NCBI GenBank assembly: GCA_964016885.1
Contig: CAXHJY010000096.1
Span: forward strand, 2,666,001 to 2,730,000
DNA length: 64,000 nucleotides
Direction of reading: 5' to 3'
Source: Eledone cirrhosa
Taxonomy: Eukaryota
Shown here one piece after another: positions 53,681 through 64,000 of this stretch; position 1 is the first letter of the stretch, and every line of letters starts with the position of its first letter. Both the position numbers and the translations under genes were made by a program. Under the pieces are notes generated by a model. The model was given only the letters and a program-made list of their open reading frames with translations, ran no database searches and had not been told where the DNA came from.

Positions 53681-56600
53681 AATCAAGGGGAGATAATTTC
53701 CAGCCGTCCAAGGGAAGATAATTTCCAGCCCTCCAAGGGGCTATAATTTCCAGCGTCCAAGGGGAGATAATTTCCAGCCAGCGAAGGGGAGATAATTTTT
53801 TTTAAAAAATCATTGGGAGATTTGTAAAAAAAATCAGGGGGAGATAATTTGTAAAAAAAATCAAGGGGAGATAATTTCCAGCCGTCCAAGGGGAGGTAAT
53901 ATCTAGCCGTCCAAGGGGAGATAATTTCCAGCCGTCCAAGGGGAGATAATTTCCAGCCGTCCAAGGGTAGATAATATCCAGCCGTCCAAGGACATATTTT
54001 CCAGCCGTCCAAGGAGAGGTAATTTCTAGCCGTCCAAGGGGAGATAAATTCCAGCCTCCAAGGTGAGATAATTTCCAGCCAGCCAAGGGGAGATAATTTG
54101 TAAAAAAATCAGGGGGAGATAATTTGTAAAAAAAATCAGGGGGAGATAATTTGTAAAAAAAAATCAGGGGGAGATAATTTGTAAAAAAAAATCAGGGGGA
54201 GATAATTTGTAAAAAAAAATCAGGGGGAGATAATTTGTAAAAAAATCAAGGGGAGATAATTTCCAGCCGTCCAAGGGGAGATAATTTTCAGCCGTCCAAG
54301 GGGAGATAATTTCCCGCCAGCCAAGGGAAGATAATATTTGAAAAAATCAGGCGGAGATAATTTGTAAAAAAAATCAGGGGGAGATAATTTGTAAAAAAAT
54401 CAGGGGGAGATAATTTATAAAAAAAAAATCAGGGGGAGATAATTTGTAAAAAGAATCAGGGGGAGATAATTTGTAAAAAAAAATCAGGGGTAGATAAATT
54501 GTAAAAAAAAATCAGGGGGAGATAATTTGTAAAAAAAATCAGGGGGAGATAATTTGTAAAAAAAATGAAAGGGGAGATAATATCCAGCCGTCCAAGGGGA
54601 GATAATTTCCAGCCGTCCAAGGGGAGATAATTTCCAGCCGTCCAAGGGGAGATAATTTCCATCCTTCCAAGGGGATATAATTTCCAGCCGTCCAAGGGGA
54701 GATAATTTCCCGCCAGCCAAGGGAAGATAATTTTTAAAAAAATCAGGCGGAGATTGTAAAAAAAATCAGGGGGGAGATAATTTGTAAAAAAATCAGGGGG
54801 AGATAATTTGTAAAAAAAAAATCAGGGGGAGATAATTTGTAAAAAATAATCAGGGGGAGATAATTTGTAAAAAAAAATCAAGGGGAGATAATTTCCAGCC
54901 GTCCAAGGGGAGATAATTTCCCGCCAGCCAAGGGAAGATAATATTTAAAAAAATTAGGCGGAGATAATTTGTAAAAAAAATCAGGGGGAGATAATTTGTA
55001 AAAAAATCAGGGGGAGATAATTTGTAAAAAAAATCAGGGGGAGATAATTTGTAAAAAAATTCATGGGGAGATAATTTGTAAAAAAAAATCAGGGGTAGAT
55101 AATTTGTAAAAAAAAATCAGGGGGAGATAATTTGTAAAAAAAAATCAGGGGGAGATAATTTGTAAAAAAAATCAAGGGGAGATAATTTCCAGCCGTCCAA
55201 GGGGAGATAATTTTCAGCCGTCCAAGGAGAGGTAATTTCTAGCCGTCCAAGGGGAGATAATTTCCAGCCGTCCAAGGGGAGGTAATTTCCAGCCGTCCAA
55301 GGGGAGATAATTTAAAAAAAAAAATCAGGCGGAGATAATTTGTAAAAAAAATCAAGGGGAGATAATTTGCAGCCGTCCAAGGGGAGATAATTTTCAGTCG
55401 TCCAAGGAGAGGTAATTTCTAGCCGTCCAAGGGGAGATAATTGCCAGCCGTCCAAGGGGAGATAATTTCCAGCCGTCCAAGGGGAGATAATTTTTTTTTA
55501 AAAATCAGGCGGAGATAATTTGTAAAAAAAATCAGGGGGAGATAATTTGTAAACAAAATCAGGGGGAGATAATTTGTAAAAAAAAATCAGGGGGAGATAA
55601 TTTGTAAAAAAAATCATGGAGAGATAATTTCCAGCCGTCCAAGGTGAGATAATTTCCAGCCGTCCAAGGAGACATATTTTCCAGCCGTCCAAGGCGAGGT
55701 AATTTCTAGCCGTCCAAGGGGAGATAAATTCCAGCCTCCAAGGGGAGATAATTTCCAGCCAGCCAAGTGGAGATAATTTGTAAAAAAATCAGGGGGAGAT
55801 AATTTGTAAAAAATATCAGGGAGATAATTTGTAAAAAAAAATCAGGGGGAGATAATTTGTAAAAAAAATCAGGGGGAGATAATTTGTAAAAAAAAATCAG
55901 GGGGAGATAATTTGTAAAAAAAATCAAGGGGAGATAATTTCCAGCCGTCCAAGGGGAGATAATTTTCAGCCGTCCAAGGGGAGATAATTTCCCGCCAGCC
56001 AAGGGAAGATAATATTTAAAAAAATCAGGCGGAGATAATTTGTAAAAAAAATCAGGGGGAGATAATTTGTAAAAAAATCAGGGGGAGATAATTTGTAAAA
56101 AAAAAATCAGGGGGAGATAATTTGTAAAAAAAATCAGGGGGAGATAATTTGTAAAAAAAATCAAGGGGAGATAATTTCCAGCCGTCCAAGGGGAGATAAT
56201 TTTCAGCCGTCCAAGGGGAGATAATTTGTAAAAAAAATCAAGGGGAGATAATTTCCAGCCGTCCAAGGGGAGATAATTTCCCGCCAGCCAAGGGAAGATA
56301 ATATTTAAAAAAATCAGGCGGAGATAATTTGTAAAAAAAATCAGGGGGAGATAATTTGTAAAAAAATCAGGGGGAGATAATTTGTAAAAAAAAAATCAGG
56401 GGGAGATAATTTGTAAAAAAAATCAGGGGGAGATAATTTGTAAAAAAAAATCAGGGGTAGATAAATTGTAAAAAAAAATCAGGGGGAGATAATTTGTAAA
56501 AAAAATCAGGGGGAGATAATTTGTAAAAAAAATGAAAGGGGAGATAATATCCAGCCGTCCAAGGGGAGATAATTTCCAGCCGTCCAAGGGGAGATAATTT

Positions 56601-59249
56601 CCATCCTTCCAAGGGGATATAATTTCCAGCCGTCCAAGGGGAGATAATTTCCCGCCAGCCAAGGGAAGATAATTTTTAAAAAAATCAGGCGGAGATTGTA
56701 AAAAAAATCAGGGGGGAGATAATTTGTAAAAAAATCAGGGGGAGATAATTTGTAAAAAAAAATCAGGGGGAGATAATTTGTAAAAAAATTCAAGGGGAGA
56801 TAATTTCCAGCCGTCCAAGGGGAGATAATTTCCCGCCAGCCAAGGGAAGATAATATTTAAAAAAATTAGGCGGAGATAATTTGTAAAAAAAATCAGGGGG
56901 AGATAATTTGTAAAAAAATCAGGGGGAGATAATTTGTAAAAAAAATCAGGGGGAGATAATTTGTAAAAAAAATCATGGGGAGATAATTTGTAAAAAAAAA
57001 TCAGGGGTAGATAATTTGTAAAAAAAAATCAGGGGGAGATAATTTGTAAAAAAAAATCAGGGGGAGATAATTTGTAAAAAAAATCAAGGGGAGATAATAT
57101 CCAGCCGTCCAAGGAGAGATAATTTTAAAAAAAAATGAGGCGGAGATAATTTGTAAAAAAAAAATCAGGGGGAGTTAATTTGTAAAAAAAAATGAGGGGG
57201 AGATAATTTGTAAAAAAAATCAAGGGGAGATAATTTCCAGCCGTCCAAGGGGAGATAATTTTCAGCCGTCCAAGGAGAGGTAATTTCTAGCCGTCCAAGG
57301 GGAGATAATTTCCAGCCGTCCAAGGGGAGGTAATTTCCAGCCGTCCAAGGGGAGATAAATTAAAAAAAAAATCAGGCGGAGATAATTTGTAAAAAAAATC
57401 AAGGGGAGATAATTTGCAGCCGTCCAATGGGAGATAATTTTCAGTCGTCCAAGGAGAGGTAATTTCTAGCCGTCAAAGGGGAGATAATTTCCAGCCGTCC
57501 AAGGGGAGATAATTTCCAGCCGTCCAAGGGGAGATAATTTTTTTTTAAAAATCAGGCGGAGATAATTTGTAAAAAAAATCAGGGGGAGATAATTTGTAAA
57601 CAAAATCAGGGGGAGATAATTTGTAAAAAAAAATCAGGGGGAGATAATTTGTAAAAAAAATTAGGCGTAGATAATTTGTAAAAAAAAATCAGGGGGAGAT
57701 AATTTGTAAAAAAAAATCAGGGGGAGATAATTTGTTTAAAAAATCAAGGGGAGATAATTTGCAGCCGTCCAAGGGGAGATAATTTTCAGCCGTCCAAGGA
57801 GAGGTAATTTCTAGCCGTTCAAGGGGAGATAATTTCCAGCCGTCCAAGGGGAGATAATTTCCAGCCGTCCAAGGGGAGATAATTTTTTTTTAAAAATCAG
57901 GCGGAGATAATTTGTAAAAAAAAATCAGGGGGAGATAATTCGTAAAAAAAAATCAGGGGGAGATAATTTGTAAAAAAAAATCAGGGGGAGATAATTTGTA
58001 AAAAAAATCAAGGGGAGATAATTTCCAGCCGTCCAAGGGAAGATAATTTCCAGCCCTCCAAGGGGCTATAATTTCCAGCGTCCAAGGGGAGATAATTTCC
58101 AGCCAGCGAAGGGGAGATAATTTTTTAAAAAAAATCATTGGGAGATTTGTAAAAAAAATCAGGGGGAGATAATTTGTAAAAAAAATCAAGGGGAGATAAT
58201 TTCCAGCCGTCCAAGGGGAGGTAATATCTAGCCGTCCAAGGGTAGATAATTTCCAGCCGTCCAACGGGAGATAATTTCCAGCCGTCCAAGGGTAGATAAT
58301 ATCCAGCCGCCCAAGGACATATTTTCCAGCCGTCCAAGGAGAGGTAATTTCTAGCCGTCCAAGGGGAGATAATTTCCAGCCGTCCAAGGGTAGATAATAT
58401 CCAGCCGTCCAAGGACATATTTTCCAGCCGTCCAAGGAGAGGTAATTTCTAGCCGTCCAAGGGGAGATAAATTCCAGCCTCCAAGGGGAGATAATTTCCA
58501 GCCAGCCAAGGGTAGATAATTTGTAAAAAAATCAGGGGGAGATAATTTGTAAAAAAAATCAGGGGGAGATAATTTGTAAAAAAAAATCAGGGGGAGATAA
58601 TTTGTAAAAAAAAATCAGGGGGAGATAATTTGCAAAAAAAATCAGGGGGAGATAATTTGTAAAAAAAAATCAGGGGTAGATAATTTGTAAAAAAAAATCA
58701 GGGGGAGATAATTTGTAAAAAAAAATCAGGGGGAGATAATTTGTAAAAGAAATCAAGGGGAGATAATTTCCAGCCGTCCAAGGAGAGATAATTTAAAAAA
58801 AAATCAGGCGGAGATAATTTGTAAAAAAAAATCAGGGGGAGATAATTTGTAAAAAAAAATCAGGGGGAGATAATTTGTAAAAAAAAATCAGGGGGAGATA
58901 ATTTGTAAAAAAAATCAGGAGGAGATAATTTCCAGCCGTCCAAGGAGAGATAATTTTAAAAAAAATCAGGCGGAGATAATTTGTAAAAAAAAATCAGGGG
59001 GAGATAATTTGTAAAAAAAAATCAGGGGGAGATAATTTGTAAAAAAAATCAAGGGGAGATAATTTCCAGCCGTCCAAGGGGAGATAATTTTCAGCCGTCC
59101 AAGGGGAGATAATTTCCCGCCAGCCAAGGGAAGATAATATTCAAAAAAATCAGGCGGAGATAATTTGTAAAAAAAATCAGGGGGAGATAATTTGTAAAAA
59201 AATCAGGGGGAGATAATTTGTAAAAAAAAAATCAGGGGGAGATAATTTT

Positions 59250-62200
59250 TAAAAAAAATCAGGGGGAGATAATTTGTAAAAAAAAATCAGGGGTAGATAA
59301 TTTGTAAAAAAAAATCAGGGGGAGATAATTTGTAAAAAAAAATCAGGGGGAGATAATTTGTAAAAAAAATGAAAGGGGAGATAATATCCAGCCGTCCAAG
59401 GGGAGATAATTTCCAGCCGTCCAAGGGGAGATAATTTCCAGCCGTCCAAGGGGAGATAATTTCCATCCTTCCAAGGGGATATAATTTCCAGCCGTCCAAG
59501 GGGAGATAATTTCCATCCTTCCAAGGGGATATAATTTCCAGCCGTCCAAGGGGAGATAATTTTCAGCCGTCCAAGGAGAGGTAATTTCTAGCCGTCCAAG
59601 GAGAGATAATTTCCAGCCGTCCAAGGGGAGATAATTTCCAGCCGTCCAAGGGGAGATAATTTCCAGCCGTCCAAGGAGACATATTTTCCAGCCGTCCAAG
59701 GAGAGGTAATTCCTAGCCGTCCAAGGGGAGATAAATTCCAGCCTCCAAGGGGAGATAATTTCCAGCCAGCCAAGGGGAGATAATTTGTAAAAAAAATCAG
59801 GGGGAGATAATTTGTAAAAAAAATCAGGGGGAGATAATTTGTAAAAAAAAATCAGGGGGAGATAATTTGTAAAAAATAATCAGGGGGAGATAATTTGTAA
59901 AAAAAATCAAGGGGAGATAATTTCCAGCCGTCCAAGGGGAGATCATTTTCAGCCGTCCAAGGGGAGATAATTTCCCGCCAGCCAAGGGAAGATAATATTT
60001 AAAAAAATTAGGCGGAGATAATTTGTAAAAAAAATCAGGGGGAGATAATTTGTAAAAAAATCAGGGGGAGATAATTTGTAAAAAAAATCAGGGGGAGATA
60101 ATTTGTAAAAAAAATCAGGGGGAGATAATTTGTAAAAAAAAATCAGGGGGAGATAATTTGTAAAAAAAATCAAGGGGAGATAATTTCCAGCCGTCCAAGG
60201 GAAGATAATTTCCAGCCCTCCAAGGGGCTATAATTTCCAGCGTCCAAGGGGAGATAATTTCCAGCCAGCGAAGGGGAGATAATTTTTTTTAAAAAATCAT
60301 TGGGAGATTTGTAAAAAAAATCAGGGGGAGATAATTTGTAAAAAAAATCAAGGGGAGATAATTTCCAGCCGTCCAAGGGGAGGTAATATCTAGCCGTCCA
60401 AGGGGAGATAATTTCCAGCCGTCCAAGGGGAGATAATTTCCAGCCGTCCAAGGGTAGATAATATCCAGCCGTCCAAGGACATATTTTCCAGCCGTCCAAG
60501 GAGAGGTAATTTCTAGCCGTCCAAGGGGAGATAAATTCCAGCCTCCAAGGTGAGATAATTTCCAGCCAGCCAAGGGGAGATAATTTGTAAAAAAATCAGG
60601 GGGAGATAATTTGTAAAAAAAATCAGGGGGAGATAATTTGTAAAAAAAAATCAGGGGGAGATAATTTGTAAAAAAAATCAGGGGGAGATAATTTGTAAAA
60701 AAAAATCAGGGGGAGATAATTTGTAAAAAAAATCAAGGGGAGATAATTTCCAGCCGTCCAAGGGGAGATAATTTCCCGCCAGCCAAGGGAAGATAATATT
60801 TAAAAAAATCAGGCGGAGATAATTTGTAAAAAAAATCAGGGGGAGATAATTTGTAAAAAAATCAGGGGGAGATAATTTGTAAAAAAAAAATCAGGGGGAG
60901 ATAATTTGTAAAAAAAATCAGGGGGAGATAATTTGTAAAAAAAAATCAGGGGTAGATAAATTGTAAAAAAAAATCAGGGGGAGATAATTTGTAAAAAAAA
61001 TCAGGGGGAGATAATTTGTAAAAAAAATGAAAGGGGAGATAATATCCAGCCGTCCAAGGGGAGATAATTTCCAGCCGTCCAAGGGGAGATAATTTCCAGC
61101 CGTCCAAGGGGAGATAATTTCCATCCTTCCAAGGGGATATAATTTCCAGCCGTCCAAGGGGAGATAATTTCCCGCCAGCCAAGGGAAGATAATTTTTAAA
61201 AAAATCAGGCGGAGATTGTAAAAAAAATCAGGGGGGAGATAATTTGTAAAAAAATCAGGGGGAGATAATTTGTAAAAAATAATCAGGGGGAGATAATTTG
61301 TAAAAAAAAATCAAGGGGAGATAATTTCCAGCCGTCCAAGGGGAGATAATTTCCCGCCAGCCAAGGGAAGATAATATTTAAAAAAATTAGGCGGAGATAA
61401 TTTGTAAAAAAAATCAGGGGGAGATAATTTGTAAAAAAATCAGGGGGAGATAATTTGTAAAAAAAATCAGGGGGAGATAATTTGTAAAAAAAATCATGGG
61501 GAGATAATTTGTAAAAAAAAATCAGGGGTAGATAATTTGTAAAAAAAAATCAGGGGGAGATAATTTGTAAAAAAAAATCAGGGGGAGATAATTTGTAAAA
61601 AAAATCAAGGGGAGATAATTTCCAGCCGTCCAAGGGGAGATAATTTTCAGCTGTCCAAGGAGAGGTAATTTCTAGCCGTCCAAGGGGAGATAATTTCCAG
61701 CCGTCCAAGGGGAGGTAATTTCCAGCCGTCCAAGGGGAGATAATTTAAAAAAAAAAATCAGGCGGAGATAATTTGTAAAAAAAATCAAGGGGAGATAATT
61801 TGCAGCCGTCCAAGGGGAGATAATTTTCAGTCGTCCAAGGAGAGGTAATTTCTAGCCGTCCAAGGGGAGATAATTGCCAGCCGTCCAAGGGGAGATAATT
61901 TCCAGCCGTCCAAGGGGAGATAATTTTTTTTAAAAAATCAGGCGGAGATAATTTGTAAAAAAAATCAGGGGGAGATAATTTGTAAAAAAAATCAGGGGGA
62001 GATAATTTGTAAAAAAAAATCAGGGGTAGATAATTTGTAAAAAAAAATCAGGGGGAGATAATTTGTAAAAAAATCAAGGGGAGATAATTTCCAGCCGTCC
62101 AAGGGAAGATAATTTCCAGCCCTCCAAGGGGCTATAATTTCCAGCGTCCAAGGGGAGATAATTTCCAGCCAGCGAAGGGGAGATAATTTTTTAAAAAAAA

Positions 62201-64000
62201 TCATTGGGAGATTTGTAAAAAAAATCAGGGGGAGATAATTTGTAAAAAAAATCAAGGGGAGATAATTTCCAGCCGTCCAAGGGGAGGTAATATCTAGCCG
62301 TCCAAGGGTAGATAATTTCCAGCCGTCCAACGGGAGATAATTTCCAGCCGTCCAAGGGTAGATAATATCCAGCCGCCCAAGGACATATTTTCCAGCCGTC
62401 CAAGGAGAGGTAATTTCTAGCCGTCCAAGGGGAGATAATTTCCAGCCGTCCAAGGGTAGATAATATCCAGCCGTCCAAGGACATATTTTCCAGCCGTCCA
62501 AGGAGAGGTAATTTCTAGCCGTCCAAGGGGAGATAAATTCCAGCCTCCAAGGGGAGATAATTTCCAGCCAGCCAAGGGGAGATAATTTGTAAAAAAATCA
62601 GGGGGAGATAATTTGTAAAAAAAATCAGGGGGAGATAATTTGTAAAAAAAAATCAGGGGGAGATAATTTGTAAAAAAAAATCAGGGGGAGATAATTTGCA
62701 AAAAAAATCAGGGGGAGATAATTTGTAAAAAAAAATCAGGGGTAGATAATTTGTAAAAAAAAATCAGGGGGAGATAATTTGTAAAAAAAAATCAGGAGGA
62801 GATAATTTGTAAAAAAAATCAAGGGGAGATAATTTCCAGCCGTCCAAGGAGAGATAATTTAAAAAAAAATCAGGCGGAGATAATTTGTAAAAAAAAATCA
62901 GGGGGAGATAATTTGTAAAAAAAAATCAGGGGGAGATAATTTGTAAAAAAAAATCAGGGGGAGATAATTTGTAAAAAAAATCAGGAGGAGATAATTTGTA
63001 AAAAAAATCAAGGGGAGATAATTTCCAGCCGTCCAAGGAGAGATAATTTAAAAAAAAATCAGGCGGAGATAATTTGTAAAAAAAAATCAGGGGGAGATAA
63101 TTTGTAAAAAAAAATCAGGGGGAGATAATTTGTAAAAAAAATCAAGGGGAGATAATTTCCAGCCGTCCAAGGGGAGATAATTTTCAGCCGTCCAAGGGGA
63201 GATAATTTCCCGCCAGCCAAGGGAAGATAATATTCAAAAAAATCAGACGGAGATAATTTGTAAAAAAAATCAGGGGGAGATAATTTGTAAAAAAATCAGG
63301 GGGAGATAATTTGTAAAAAAAAAAATCAGGGGGAGATAATTTTTAAAAAAAATCAGGGGGAGATAATTTGTAAAAAAAAATCAGGGGTAGATAATTTGTA
63401 AAAAAAAATCAGGGGGAGATAATTTGTAAAAAAAAATCAGGGGGAGATAACTTGTAAAAAAAATGAAAGGGGAGATAATATCCAGCCGTCCAAGGGGAGA
63501 TAATTTCCAGCCGTCCAAGGGGAGATAATTTCCAGCCGTCCAAGGGGAGATAATTTCCATCCTTCCAAGGGGATATAATTTCCAGCCGTCCAAGGGGAGA
63601 TAATTTCCATCCTTCCAAGGGGATATAATTTCCAGCCGTCCAAGGGGAGATAATTTTCAGCCGTCCAAGGAGAGGTAATTTCTAGCCGTCCAAGGAGAGA
63701 TAATTTCCAGCCGTCCAAGGGGAGATAATTTCCAGCCGTCCAAGGGGAGATAATTTCCAGCCGTCCAAGGAGACATATTTTCCAGCCGTCCAAGGAGAGG
63801 TAATTCCTAGCCGTCCAAGGGGAGATAAATTCCAGCCTCCAAGGGGAGATAATTTCCAGCCAGCCAAGGGGAGATAATTTGTAAAAAAAATCAGGGGGAG
63901 ATAATTTGTAAAAAAAATCAGGGGGAGATAATTTGTAAAAAAAAATCAGGGGTAGATAATTTGTAAAAAATAATCAGGGGGAGATAATTTGTAAAAAAAA
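59250..64000. repeat. Copy of ~42.3-47.1 kb at offset ~16.93 kb, with a local ~4.1-kb period
   Basis: ORF offsets 42356/59287 (16931), 43988/60918 (16930) and 46452/63381 (16929). Private variants tcagacggag at ~46314/63243 and gataacttgt...atgaaa at ~46517/63446. The ~4.1-kb period is shown by 42356/46452 and 59287/63381. Confidence 0.87.

Larger units (their letters stand above)
1..64000. repeat. Composite two-monomer satellite array (27-28-bp A-type and 25-bp B-type monomers sharing the core GGGGAGATAATTT), running off both window ends
   Basis: GGGGAGATAATTT or a close variant recurs every 25-30 bp from start to end, roughly 2,400 monomers (64,000 / ~26). It is followed by either GT(A)7-11TCA (A-type) or CCAGCCGTCCAA (B-type). 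All monomers are in the same orientation and no unique sequence was seen. Confidence 0.99.

Noticed and set aside
35-63867. Numerous minus-strand ORFs of 61-195 aa as protein-coding genes
   Set aside because: They overlap in multiple frames, consist entirely of translated monomers, mostly start at TTG within the repeat, and are frameshifted by A-tract length. Variants show no codon-position pattern and I see no recognisable domain.
1-64000. CRISPR-like repeat-spacer array (constant core plus variable linker)
   Set aside because: The core is only 13 bp, the linkers are 12-14 bp and of just two recurring types rather than unique spacers, and there is no leader or cas gene.
1-64000. Telomerase-synthesised long telomeric repeat (like the 23-25-bp yeast repeats)
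   Set aside because: It does not match any telomeric repeat I know. Point variants are propagated in kb-scale duplicated blocks, which indicates recombination or duplication rather than templated de novo addition.
1-64000. Plasmid or phage iteron array, or prokaryotic regulatory sites (GGAG Shine-Dalgarno-like, ATAAT -10-like)
   Set aside because: There is no associated gene or origin context and the scale is far beyond iteron arrays. The motifs are incidental parts of the monomer.
1-64000. Embedded transposon, rRNA/tRNA or inverted segment
   Set aside because: I saw no non-monomer sequence, terminal repeats or reverse-orientation monomers (no AAATTATCTCCCC on the + strand) while reading through the window.

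Overview
The whole 64 kb is one uninterrupted, single-orientation tandem repeat (satellite-type DNA, most likely eukaryotic). I see no unique sequence, gene, RNA gene, transposon or CRISPR array. It is built from two short monomers that share a 13-bp core, GGGGAGATAATTT. Type A is TCAGGGGGAGATAATTTGT(A)7-11, 26-30 bp (usually 27-28) and about 30% GC. Type B is CAAGGGGAGATAATTTCCAGCCGTC, 25 bp and about 52% GC. Runs of A alternate with runs of B through stereotyped junction monomers. Diagnostic variants reveal nested higher-order duplications at about 0.5, 0.74, 1.7/2.2, 3.5, 4.1, 7, 14.6 and 16.9 kb. All listed ORFs are on the minus strand and are read-through artefacts of the repeat. I do not recognise the family or the organism, and any function (centromeric, subtelomeric, heterochromatic) is inference only. 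Offsets were read by eye from marker variants and from the ORF track, so block boundaries are approximate.
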